Notes: a model not told the origin generated them from the letters alone. A stretch of 64,000 nt of DNA from Clostridia bacterium (GCA_003246365.1 QKAN01000053.1:15842-79841), one strand, 5' to 3'. Counted from the first letter of the stretch, positions 17,264-25,900 are shown. Numbers and translations are program-made.

Positions 17264-18454
17264 ATGAAACAAGTCTTACTGAAAAGAATAGGACGCACAT
17301 TGCTGTCATTGATGGCGGCGACTATATTATTAGGAACGTCTCTGGCGGCGACCGGCAGCCCCGTATCTGTAGGCACTGCAGCCGATTTAGTTACGGCACT
17401 TACAGACGCGGGAGCGAGCGGAGATGCTACGACCATTTATCTTTCGGCCAACATCGATATTGGAAGTTCAACAATCGCGATTCCTTCCAATGTTACGCTC
17501 GATCTTTCCGGTTATATGCTCAGTACGACCAACGGGTTGATCACCGTATACGGCACTGTAGTGAACGGAAGTTTGTATATTTCCGGTGGAACGTTGCTGC
17601 GGATGTCAGGCTCCAGCATCACCGCGTCTATTTCTCTCAGCAGCGGCGGTGTTGTGCGCGTTCCGGTAGTATTGAGTCTTGAAAATCTTGACATTTCCAG
17701 CGGAGAGACGATCGACTACATCACCTATGACGGCGGCGGCTCGGATAGTACAGCATATGTACAGCTTCCGGCAACCGGAACGATCTACGTGAAAACGCAG
17801 TCCAACTTTACGTCTCCGATGGGCGTTACAGCCGTAATGACTTCCGCAGGCAACTATTTCCGCCTCGGCACAAAGAACACGGATACGCTTTCTCTGTCCT
17901 ATTATCTGAGTTACGGCGGACTTTCCGGCGCAACACTGACATCTGCCAATCCCGCAAGCTATACGGCGAGCGACTCTGCGATTCTTTTAACCAATCCCAC
18001 TAAGGACGGCTATGTATTCTCCGGCTGGATTTGCGAAGCGCTTGGCATAACGGTGCCAACTGACTCCATGGTCATCCCCTCCGGTACGACCGGAGACCTA
18101 ACCTTCATCGCGGTCTGGTCGGAAGACATGTCCGGCGGTATGTCCGGCGGCGGTGGCAGCTCCGGTTCGTCCAGCAGTTCAAGCAGTTCTACGGACACGA
18201 CTGACGCAGAAGACACGCAAGACGCAGCTGCCGCAACAGACGCAGCGACAACAGCAACCAGTTCCCGCCGCACCAAGGTTGCTTCATCCTCCACAAAGGT
18301 TACCTTCTCGAGCGACATGAACACCGTTCTCCCAACGCTCGAAACGCTGCAAACGAAATCCTCGTTCCCCTGGGGAATCGTAATCGGCTCTCTGGCGGGT
18401 CTCGGTGTGATCATCTATGTCGCGGTCAAATTCGCGGAACGCAAAAAACAGTAA
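17264..18454 (+). CDS. cell-surface protein with Listeria-Bacteroides-type repeat and C-terminal TM anchor
   Basis: Start at ATG 17264 (GGGAGA upstream). Signal peptide MKQVLLKRIGRTLLSLMAATILLGTSLAA; 'NPTKDGYVFSGWICE..GDLTFIAVW' (Flg_new-like); a Ser/Thr/Asp-rich spacer; terminal TM plus KFAERKKQ. Confidence 0.75.
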   Translation: MKQVLLKRIGRTLLSLMAATILLGTSLAATGSPVSVGTAADLVTALTDAGASGDATTIYLSANIDIGSSTIAIPSNVTLDLSGYMLSTTNGLITVYGTVVNGSLYISGGTLLRMSGSSITASISLSSGGVVRVPVVLSLENLDISSGETIDYITYDGGGSDSTAYVQLPATGTIYVKTQSNFTSPMGVTAVMTSAGNYFRLGTKNTDTLSLSYYLSYGGLSGATLTSANPASYTASDSAILLTNPTKDGYVFSGWICEALGITVPTDSMVIPSGTTGDLTFIAVWSEDMSGGMSGGGGSSGSSSSSSSSTDTTDAEDTQDAAAATDAATTATSSRRTKVASSSTKVTFSSDMNTVLPTLETLQTKSSFPWGIVIGSLAGLGVIIYVAVKFAERKKQ

Positions 18455-18471
18455 TCTTATTCCCGGCAATC

Positions 18472-18503
18472 AAAAAGCGGATGCAACTGCATCCGCTTTT
18501 TTT
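18472..18503. terminator. bidirectional intrinsic terminator
   Basis: AAAAAGCGGATGCA-ACTG-CATCCGCTTTTTTT. Confidence 0.75.
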
Positions 18504-18512
18504 GACGGGTAA

Positions 18513-18950
18513 TTATTTCGTTTCCGCTCCGGCAGATTCTTCCGTATCCGGCTCTTTTTTCATATGCTCGGCATATTCGTGAAAAGCCGCTTTTCCGTCC
18601 TCTTCCCACCAGTCATCGTAATATTCCCAGTCTTTCCAGTCTTTCTTTTCCGCTTTTTCTCCATTGCGGTGTTTTTTACCGCAGTGTTTTTTGTCTCCGC
18701 TTTCAGAGTGGCTCGATCCGCCGAATCCGAACAGGATCTTTGCCAGCAGGAAGAGGCCCAGGCCTTCCCAGAAGCCGATGGTGCGCAGGCCGAAGAGACC
18801 CGGCATCAGCCAGTTCCAGAGCCACATGATGACATTGCCAAAGAGCAGGCAGAAGAGAAACGCCGCCGCAATGCCAAGAATAGTGTAAAGTGTGTATTTT
18901 GCCCAATTAGGCATTTTGTCCATGTTTTTTTTGAATTCGCTCATGATCAT
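18513..18950 (-). CDS. small membrane protein downstream of ECF sigma (candidate anti-sigma/partner)
   Basis: 145 aa. Two or three TM helices, then a His/Lys/Trp/Glu-rich tail (HSESGDKKHCGKKHRNGEKAEKKDWKDWEYYDDWWEEDGK). The start may be the third codon, ATG 18944. Confidence 0.65.
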   Translation of the reverse strand: MIMSEFKKNMDKMPNWAKYTLYTILGIAAAFLFCLLFGNVIMWLWNWLMPGLFGLRTIGFWEGLGLFLLAKILFGFGGSSHSESGDKKHCGKKHRNGEKAEKKDWKDWEYYDDWWEEDGKAAFHEYAEHMKKEPDTEESAGAETK

Positions 18951-18995
18951 CGTCTCCTTTTATGGTTGCGAATCTGTATTTTCCTGTTTTCCGGT

Positions 18996-19541
18996 TTATT
19001 CGTGGTCTGTGCGCTCCAGAATGGTTCGCAGCGCTTTGATCGCGCGGCTCTTTCTGGAAAGCAGGGTGCCGATCGGTTCTCCCCAGGCTTCGGACAGCTC
19101 CCGAAAGGATTTTCCTTTCAGTTCCGTTGCAACCAGAACCGCTCTTTGTCTGGGTTCGAGTTTGCCGATTGCGTCCGTCAGGCGGTGAATTCGGCGGGAT
19201 TGTTCCTCCGCGTCAAACGGTTCTTCATTTTCTGCTGTCAGCATGGAGAGCAGCGGCAGTTCCCCGTTCTCGTCCGCCATTTCGTCGAGGCTGGTAACTT
19301 TTGCGCTTTTGCGCTCGTAGTCGACAATACGGTTTCGGATGGCGCGGTAGGCATAGGCGGCCAGGTTTTCCACGGGTCCGTTGGTTTCCAGTTTGCTCAC
19401 TAGGGAAAGCATCACGTCCGCGACGATATCCTCCGCGTCCATTTCGCTGATGCGCCGCGCGTTGTTCCGGACAAAGCGGATGAGCCTTTCCCCGTCCCGG
19501 GCAAAGAAGGCATACCATCTGTTGATCTTGTCCTGTTCCAT
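18996..19541 (-). CDS. ECF-type RNA polymerase sigma factor
   Basis: Region 2 ('AEDIVADVMLSLV..AYAYRAIRNRIVDYER') and region 4 HTH ('GKSFRELSEAWGEPIGTLLSRKSRAIKALR'). Confidence 0.8.
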   Translation of the reverse strand: MEQDKINRWYAFFARDGERLIRFVRNNARRISEMDAEDIVADVMLSLVSKLETNGPVENLAAYAYRAIRNRIVDYERKSAKVTSLDEMADENGELPLLSMLTAENEEPFDAEEQSRRIHRLTDAIGKLEPRQRAVLVATELKGKSFRELSEAWGEPIGTLLSRKSRAIKALRTILERTDHE

Positions 19542-19566
19542 CGTCGTCGCACATCCCTTACACTAT

Positions 19567-19595
19567 TAAGACGAACAAGCCGGTCATTTATTGCA
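19567..19595 (-). promoter_or_regulatory. ECF-type promoter candidate (autoregulation)
   Basis: Minus strand: TGCAAT (19595-19590), 16 nt, CGTC (19573-19570), about 30 nt upstream of ATG 19541. Resembles the TGCAAC-N16/17-CGTC class. Confidence 0.4.
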
Positions 19596-19688
19596 TGTTT
19601 TTTAAAATTTTGTTGGAAATCTATTTCATTGAGTCAAAAAGAATGTTTCTGTTGATTTCTAAGATATATCACATTTTTGCAATCTGGC

Positions 19689-19722
19689 AAAGAAAAAGCG
19701 CGCGTTTTTCACGCGCGCTTTT
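19689..19722 (-). terminator. intrinsic terminator
   Basis: Minus strand: AAAAGCGCGCG-TGAAAAA-CGCGCGCTTTT followed by TCTTT. Confidence 0.7.
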
Positions 19723-19756
19723 ATCAAAGCCTGTTCAGACTATATAGTAGAAGCTG

Positions 19757-20779
19757 TTAGATAATCGGAGAGAGGAATCCGCCGCCGGGAAGCAGATACG
19801 ACTGCGCCCCCAGATATTCGTTTTCCGGCGCGTTGGAGTCGTAATAGATCGAATATCCGTTGGACTGAATATTCTGATGCGTCGTGTCCGCGTTTACCAA
19901 TGCGGTAAGATACGTGTCCGCCGCAAGTGAAAGTGTGCTCGTTGCATCCAGCGTTACGCTGACCTTCGCGGGAAGCTCGTTTCCGAGTTCACCGGTGAAT
20001 ACGGCGCCGTTGAGCAGATTCAACAATAGCGTTGCATTCGCGTCTATAATGGGGTTCATCGTCATGCTTGTTCCATCCAGCGTTAGTGTGTTTGCGCCGG
20101 CAAGCACGCGCAGGAATTCACCGTTTGCTGCGCTCAGGGTAGCGCCGGTCAGCGTCACGCTGCCGCCGCCGAGCAGAACGCACGGGGAATCTTCCCCTTC
20201 GGTTGACAGTGTTCCGCCGGAGAAAACAACCGTTCCACCGTCGATTGCCACGAGCGCGGGCGAGGATTCGCCGGAGGTATACACAAAAGTGCCGCTTGCG
20301 CTCAGCAGGGAGCCTTTGCCGGACACGATCAGACCGAATCCACCGAGGGCGTTTGTGGTTACGTTGCTTTCAAGAAGCTGCATCTGTCCCTGCAAGACAA
20401 CGGCAACCGCCGCGTTTGTCCCCTCGGAAAACCCGTTTTCGGCGTCTCCGGTTTTGTTGATGTCCGCGCTGGTCATCGTCAGCACACCGGCATTCTGCAC
20501 AAGAATCGTGTTTTCATCCGCCGTGCTGGAGGCATAGGACCCGCTTTCGGATTCGTCTGTCGTTTCATCCACATTATAGATGCCAATGTAGTCGGTTGGT
20601 TCGGAGTCGGCGTCGATTTCGTCCGTTGTCTCTTCCGTATCCCCGCCGATTGTGACGACCTCAGTCGTTTCTTCCTCAGGTGTATTGGCAGACGCCGCGG
20701 CTTTTCCGCAACCGAACGCAATGATGAGGACGACGGCGGCAAGAATCGAAAAAATCCGTTTCCATTTTGTTTGATCCAT
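19757..20779 (-). CDS. predicted lipoprotein with beta-helix-like repeats
   Basis: Signal sequence plus Cys ('LIIAFGCGK'), acidic linker, then Gly/Ser/Thr-rich imperfect repeats of about 20-25 aa. Paralog of 52631..54016 (shared 'ADEN..L.I/VQNA', 'SNVTTNALGG/SQVTSNALGA', 'GE.SP'). Confidence 0.7.
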   Translation of the reverse strand: MDQTKWKRIFSILAAVVLIIAFGCGKAAASANTPEEETTEVVTIGGDTEETTDEIDADSEPTDYIGIYNVDETTDESESGSYASSTADENTILVQNAGVLTMTSADINKTGDAENGFSEGTNAAVAVVLQGQMQLLESNVTTNALGGFGLIVSGKGSLLSASGTFVYTSGESSPALVAIDGGTVVFSGGTLSTEGEDSPCVLLGGGSVTLTGATLSAANGEFLRVLAGANTLTLDGTSMTMNPIIDANATLLLNLLNGAVFTGELGNELPAKVSVTLDATSTLSLAADTYLTALVNADTTHQNIQSNGYSIYYDSNAPENEYLGAQSYLLPGGGFLSPII

Positions 20780-20936
20780 AGGAAATTCACGCTCCTTATG
20801 GTGATTGTTTGCGTTTGAGTTTAACGTTGAGATTCCAGTGCGATCTTATAAAACAGTTGTGTCCGGCGCATGACGAAGGAATGAATCTTCTGTCAAATAA
20901 AGACCCGCGCGAATACTCTTCACACGGGCCAAATAT

Positions 20937-22148
20937 TTATGCAAATTTTGCCGCAAGGCGTTTGCGAATCTCGCGGATGAACACGATACTCGTCACCGCC
21001 GTCGGGGTGATTCCCTCGCAAAGTCCGATGAGGTCTTTTGTCATGATGCCCGCGTCGAGTGTTTCGATGGATGCATCTTCCAGCATTTTGCCGAACGCCG
21101 CAAGTTCAGGCAGGCCGTCCAGCTCTCCGCGCTTCGTCAGCGCGCCGCTCCAGGCAAAGATCGTTGCCATGGGGTTTGTGCTGGTTTCTTCGCCCTGCAA
21201 ATATTTATAGTAGTGCCGCGTCACGGTGCCGTGCGCCGCTTCGTATTCATAGTTGCCTTCGGGCGAGACCAGCACGCTGGTCATCATCGCAAGGCTGCCG
21301 AACGCCGTACTCACCATGTCGCTCATCACGTCGCCGTCATAGTTTTTGCAGGCCCAGATATAGCCGCCCTCGGAGCGGATCACGCGCGCAACCGCGTCGT
21401 CGATCAGCGTGTAAAAATAGGTCAGGCCCAATTCCTCGAATTGCGCTTTGTAATCCGCATCGAAGATTTCCTGAAAGATATCCTTAAACGTGTGATCATA
21501 CTGCTTGCTGATCGTGTCCTTGGTAGAAAACCAAAGGTCCTGCTTTGTGCCGACAGCGTATTGGAAACAGCTGTGCGCAAAAGAGCGAATCGAGCTGTCT
21601 TTGTTATACATTCCCTGCAAAACACCAGGGCACTCGAAATCATAGATCGTCTTGCGGAAGCTCGCGCCGTTTTCCCCCGTAAACACCAGCTCCGCCTTGC
21701 CTTTTTCAGGCACGCGGTATTCCGTTGCGCGATATACGTCGCCATAGGCGTGACGCGCGATGGTGATCGGCTTCTTCCAGGTTTTGACGACCGGTTTCAC
21801 GCTGTCAATCAAGATCGGCGCGCGGAACACCGTTCCGTCGAGAATCGCACGGATGGTGCCGTTGGGGCTTTTCCACATTTCCGTGAGGTTATATTCCGTT
21901 ACGCGCTGCGCATTGGGCGTGATGGTTGCGCATTTAACGCCGACGCCATACTTTTTAATCGCGTTTGCCGCGTCGGTGGTGATTTGATCTTTCGTTTTTT
22001 CGCGCTCCGGCAGGCCGAGGTCATAGTATTCCGCCTTCAAATCGACAAACGGCAAAATCAGCTCGTCCTTGATCTGCTGCCAGAGAATGCGGGTCATTTC
22101 GTCCCCGTCCATTTCGACGAGGGGGGTTTTCATTTGAATCAGGCTCAT
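20937..22148 (-). CDS. icd: NADP-dependent isocitrate dehydrogenase (eukaryote-like subfamily II)
   Basis: 403 aa. 'PLVEMDGDEMTRILWQQIKDELILPF', 'KCATITPN', and a 'DGTVTRHYY'-type C-terminal region. GGAAGGA 6 nt upstream. Confidence 0.9.
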   Translation of the reverse strand: MSLIQMKTPLVEMDGDEMTRILWQQIKDELILPFVDLKAEYYDLGLPEREKTKDQITTDAANAIKKYGVGVKCATITPNAQRVTEYNLTEMWKSPNGTIRAILDGTVFRAPILIDSVKPVVKTWKKPITIARHAYGDVYRATEYRVPEKGKAELVFTGENGASFRKTIYDFECPGVLQGMYNKDSSIRSFAHSCFQYAVGTKQDLWFSTKDTISKQYDHTFKDIFQEIFDADYKAQFEELGLTYFYTLIDDAVARVIRSEGGYIWACKNYDGDVMSDMVSTAFGSLAMMTSVLVSPEGNYEYEAAHGTVTRHYYKYLQGEETSTNPMATIFAWSGALTKRGELDGLPELAAFGKMLEDASIETLDAGIMTKDLIGLCEGITPTAVTSIVFIREIRKRLAAKFA

Positions 22149-22178
22149 GTCTTATCCTTCCGGTGGTTGTTTTGCTGG

Positions 22179-24419
22179 TTATTTGCCTGCGTTTGCGGCG
22201 TAAAAGTTCATCAGGCATCCCTGAAGCAGAATTTCTCGTTCGTCGTCCGTCAGCGGCGGCAAGTTCAGCGTGATCGCGTCCGTGCTTCCATCCGCGCGGA
22301 TCGCGACGGCGGAGAGCGTGTCGCGTTTTTCCTCAATCGCTTTCTTTACATCCGGAACAAACACGTGATCGCCGACCGCATAGTCAAAGCTTGCGCCCGC
22401 GGGCAGGGTAAAGGGCAGGATACCCCAGTTGATGCAGTTGCTGCGGTAACGCTTAGTTGCGTATTCATAGCAGATGTTCGCGGAGCCGCCGAGCACGCGC
22501 TGGCTGGACGCTGCCTGTTCGCGCGCGCTGCCGTCGCCGGGTTTATTAGCGAACACGCAGGAGCCATAGGCAGTCGTCTTAAGGAGCGCATCCGCATCGC
22601 CGATTTTACCGAGCAGCGATTTGATCGCGTCCGGCGCTTCTCCGGCTCTGCGCGCGGTTTCGAGCTTTGCAACCGCTTTGCTGCGGCCAACATAGTCCGG
22701 CGCGCGGCGGGACAGCGCAAACTCCGCAAGGCGCAGCGGATTGCTGCGATAGGAGCTTGTTTCGCCAGAGGGAATCAGTTCGTCCGTCGTGGTAACAGGA
22801 TCGCGAATGACGGCGGACAGCTCAACGAGTACGTTATCCGTCAGCGGGTAAATCTTCGGCCAATCCGCAATGTTCGGCCCGAACACGAGATCTACAGAAG
22901 GATCGGCTTTGCCGAATCCGTTGTAAACGCGCTTTTCATAGGTGCTGCGGTCATAGCGATAACGGATGCGGCGTTTGCGGTATACCACGTCCGTCGCGGG
23001 CGTGAGCCGTCCGCCATTGGCCGCGGTCGCCGCGATGCTGCGCGCGTCCATGAGCGCGATATAGGCCAGCTGACCTTCGCCGGGTTTCGAGCCTTCGCGG
23101 TTGGGGAAGTTTCGCGTGGTGTGGCGAATGGAAAACCCGTTGTTGGCGGGAACATCCCCCGCGCCAAAGCACGGGCCGCAGAAGGAGGGTTTCATGACCG
23201 CGCCGGCGCGAACCAGCGTTTCCGTCGCGTCCGCGCGCGTGAGCGCAAGGCTCACCGGCACGCTGGTCGGATATACGGAAAGCGAAAATTCGCCGTTACC
23301 GGTGGATTTGTCCGCAAGGATTTCGCTGGCTTCGATAATGTTGTCAAACAGTCCGCCCGCGCAACCCGCGATGATGCCCTGATCGGCATATACGCCGTCC
23401 GGACGGATCTTGCTCTTCAGGTCCACGTTCACTTTCGGGAAGTTGGCCTTCGCTTCTTCCTCGACCTTGCCCAATAGCTCGTCCGCGCGCTCGATAAACT
23501 CGCGGATGGAATATACGTTGCTCGGATGGAACGGCAGCGCGATCATGCACTCGACTTTGTCGAGCTCGATGGTCATGATTGCGTCGTAATACGCGCCGTT
23601 TTCCGGCGCAAGTTTCTGGTATGCCTGCGGGCGACCGTGCGCGCGGAGAAACTCAGCGGTTTCGCCATCCGTCTCCCAGATGGTGCTCAAACACGTCGAC
23701 TCCGTGGTCATGACGTCAACGCCGTTTCGATAATCCGCCGAGAGGTGCTTGATCCCGGGGCCAACAAACTCCAGAATCTTGTTTTTCACGTTTCCGTTGG
23801 CAAACCCTTCCTTCACGAGGGCCAGCGCAACATCGTGCGGGCCGACGCCGCGGCGGGGTTTTCCGGTTACATAGCAGAGCACGACCTCGGGCGCCGCAAT
23901 GTCGTATGTGTTTTTCAAGAGTTGTTTCACCAGCTCCGGGCCGCCTTCGCCAATTGCGAGCGTGCCCAGCGCGCCGTAGCGCGTGTGGCTGTCCGAACCC
24001 AAAATCATCTTTCCGCAACCGGCGAGTTCTTCGCGCGCGTAGCTGTGGATCACGCTAAGATTCGGCGGCACAAAGATTCCGCCGTATTTTTTCGCGGCGG
24101 AGAGCCCGAACATGTGATCGTCCGCATTGATTGTTCCGCCAACCGCGCAGAGGCTGTTGTGGCAGTTCGTCATTGCATACTGCACGGGAAACTCGGTCAG
24201 TCCGCTCGCACGTGCGGTTTGAATGATGCCGACATAGGTAATATCATGCGAAATCAGCGCGTCGAACCGCAGGCGCAGGTTTTCCATGTTATCGCTCACG
24301 TTGTGCGCTTTGAGAATGGAATACGCCATGGTTTTTTCACGCGCGGCGGATTCCGCCTTTGTCGCAGCATGCGGTTTTCCGTTTTTCAATACAACCGGTT
24401 GATCTTTATAATGAATCAT
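22179..24419 (-). CDS. acnA: aconitate hydratase (mitochondrial-type length, about 746 aa)
   Basis: Start at ATG 24419 (GGAGGAG upstream). 'MILGSDSHTRYGALG', 'CGPCFGAGD', 'IRHTTRNFPNREG'. 30 nt upstream of icd. Confidence 0.85.
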   Translation of the reverse strand: MIHYKDQPVVLKNGKPHAATKAESAAREKTMAYSILKAHNVSDNMENLRLRFDALISHDITYVGIIQTARASGLTEFPVQYAMTNCHNSLCAVGGTINADDHMFGLSAAKKYGGIFVPPNLSVIHSYAREELAGCGKMILGSDSHTRYGALGTLAIGEGGPELVKQLLKNTYDIAAPEVVLCYVTGKPRRGVGPHDVALALVKEGFANGNVKNKILEFVGPGIKHLSADYRNGVDVMTTESTCLSTIWETDGETAEFLRAHGRPQAYQKLAPENGAYYDAIMTIELDKVECMIALPFHPSNVYSIREFIERADELLGKVEEEAKANFPKVNVDLKSKIRPDGVYADQGIIAGCAGGLFDNIIEASEILADKSTGNGEFSLSVYPTSVPVSLALTRADATETLVRAGAVMKPSFCGPCFGAGDVPANNGFSIRHTTRNFPNREGSKPGEGQLAYIALMDARSIAATAANGGRLTPATDVVYRKRRIRYRYDRSTYEKRVYNGFGKADPSVDLVFGPNIADWPKIYPLTDNVLVELSAVIRDPVTTTDELIPSGETSSYRSNPLRLAEFALSRRAPDYVGRSKAVAKLETARRAGEAPDAIKSLLGKIGDADALLKTTAYGSCVFANKPGDGSAREQAASSQRVLGGSANICYEYATKRYRSNCINWGILPFTLPAGASFDYAVGDHVFVPDVKKAIEEKRDTLSAVAIRADGSTDAITLNLPPLTDDEREILLQGCLMNFYAANAGK

Positions 24420-24586
24420 AGGCTCCTCCTTGGTACAATCAAAACCGCCGGATTCCCTGCGGGAAACGAGCGGGCAAATTTCCATCAATAGATTGTATCA
24501 CGCCTCCGCCGTCAAGAAAAGCCGAAAGATTGGGATTGTATATTTTTTTGTGAAAATTATCGCCTACTAAATAGGATATCTTTGTC

Positions 24587-24615
24587 TTGACAGCGCGATT
24601 TCGGGCGGTTATAAT
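24587..24615 (+). promoter_or_regulatory. consensus sigma-70 promoter of tRNA-Met
   Basis: TTGACA (24587-24592), 17 nt, TATAAT (24610-24615). Confidence 0.7.
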
Positions 24616-24655
24616 ACACCATGTGCCGTTAAAAGTCGGCATGAAAATATCATAT

Positions 24656-24732
24656 GGCGGCGTAGCTCAGCTGGCTAGAGCATTCGGTTCATACCCGGAG
24701 TGTCATCTGTTCGAATCAGATCGCCGCTACCA
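24656..24732 (+). tRNA. tRNA-Met (CAT), elongator-like, CCA encoded
   Basis: Cloverleaf read by eye: acceptor GGCGGCG/CGCCGCT; D arm GCTC-AGCTGGCTA-GAGC; anticodon arm TTCGG-TTCATAC-CCGGA; T arm ATCTG-TTCGAAT-CAGAT; then ACCA. Confidence 0.9.
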
Positions 24733-24738
24733 AAAAAG

Positions 24739-24775
24739 AACGGTAACTTTGATAAAAAGTTACCGTTTTTTTTAT
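24739..24775 (+). terminator. intrinsic terminator
   Basis: AACGGTAACTTT-GATAA-AAAGTTACCGTT followed by TTTTTTT. Confidence 0.8.
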
Positions 24776-25094
24776 TTGTCCTCAAAGCCCATTATTAGAG
24801 CTATTTCCGCGCATCTACGAAGTAAAGCAAATTGGTGCGGAGCATTCTCGCAGCAATTTTTTGTGGATGTTTCCGTTTAACAGCAAATAGCCCAGCTGGC
24901 GGCCGAGCTATCGTTGACGGACTTTGATACGATATTATGGAAGCCACCATATGCACGTTCATGGTGTATTTGGAAGGACGGATAGATGTTTCGCTTTCTA
25001 GTAGGAGCTGAGATTGAAATCCAACAAATAAGGAGGATGTTACAATAAACAACGCAATTTGAGTCAAAGCATCACAGAAATGGGATGCATATTT

Positions 25095-25721
25095 TCATTT
25101 GGCGTTGTCTTCATTCATCATTTCTTCAAAAAACTCTTCTGGAGGATCAACAAAATCCGGGTCATAATCTTCAATATCACTCTGCAGATGATAGATTTCT
25201 GGGTATGTGTCACTTCCGCAAGCGTCCTTCTCAAAATACCCCAAAAGAACTTGACAGATTGCGCTTTCCAACTCAACCTGCATGCTTTTTTGTTTGTCTA
25301 ATGGGAGTTCATTGAACTGGTTCAAGGATATCTTATGGATAACCAGAATGTTTTCCAGATAGCGATCATATAGAAATTTACCGTCCGACCTATCACGTTG
25401 TTGTACTAATAGGTAAGGGTATTTCTTTGCTTTCAGATTGTGTAGCCAAATATTCTTAACCGTGGTGTCAGAGCATCTCTCTACTTCTTCATGATATCTA
25501 CCGGATAAGTAATCGGGATCAACGTCCAACCTTTTAGCAATCTCATCAAGTAAGATAGGCGAAATCTTGTTTTCTTCAAGCCCTCTTCGGATTGTCTTTT
25601 CAGACCAGCCGATACCATTTGTCACATTGCCGAGTTTACGGATACTCGTATTTCGTAGTTCTAGAGCCTCCTCAAAACAAGACCTTCTAAAAGGCACCTT
25701 TTTCTCTATCCTCTTAGCCAT
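25095..25721 (-). CDS. HTH (XRE-like) domain protein
   Basis: 208 aa with AAGGAG 6 nt upstream. N-terminal 'FEEALELRNTSIRKLGNVTNGIGWSEKTIRRGLEEN..LDEIAKRLDVDPDYL'. The acidic C-terminal part is unrecognised. Confidence 0.65.
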   Translation of the reverse strand: MAKRIEKKVPFRRSCFEEALELRNTSIRKLGNVTNGIGWSEKTIRRGLEENKISPILLDEIAKRLDVDPDYLSGRYHEEVERCSDTTVKNIWLHNLKAKKYPYLLVQQRDRSDGKFLYDRYLENILVIHKISLNQFNELPLDKQKSMQVELESAICQVLLGYFEKDACGSDTYPEIYHLQSDIEDYDPDFVDPPEEFFEEMMNEDNAK

Positions 25722-25733
25722 ATATACTCCTTT

Positions 25734-25843
25734 GCGGACATTTTACTTTGAAGTGTCCGCAGTTGTTTTTCATCACTTATATTGAATTTTCATGCGCTCT
25801 GAGTATAATTAATATTGAAGCGAGGACATTTTGTCCGCAGTTG
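25734..25843 (+). promoter_or_regulatory. divergent promoter region with repeated operator-like palindromes
   Basis: TTGAAT (25782-87), 16 nt, TATAAT (25804-09). IR GCGGACA(25734-40)/TGTCCGC(25754-60). IR GGACATTTTGTCC (25824-36). Direct repeat TGTCCGCAGTTG at 25754-65 and 25832-43. Confidence 0.5.
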
Positions 25844-25900
25844 GATTGTAGCACAGAACTTTCAGATTTACAATCCATAAGAAAAAACGGAGGAGTAAAC

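Noticed and set aside
21213-23477. 754-aa plus-strand ORF, the longest in the track apart from real genes, plus the 321-aa ORF at 23526..24491.
   Set aside because: Both lie entirely antisense to icd and the aconitase gene. They are Arg/Ala/Gly-rich, have no SD and no recognisable motifs. The opposite strand carries unmistakable enzyme motifs. This is the typical stop-codon-poor antisense frame of GC-rich genes.
24801-25067. 88-aa minus-strand ORF next to the tRNA, considered as a possible integrase remnant.
   Set aside because: No tyrosine- or serine-recombinase motifs appear in any frame that I translated. There is no SD. It is probably non-coding spacer of the islet.
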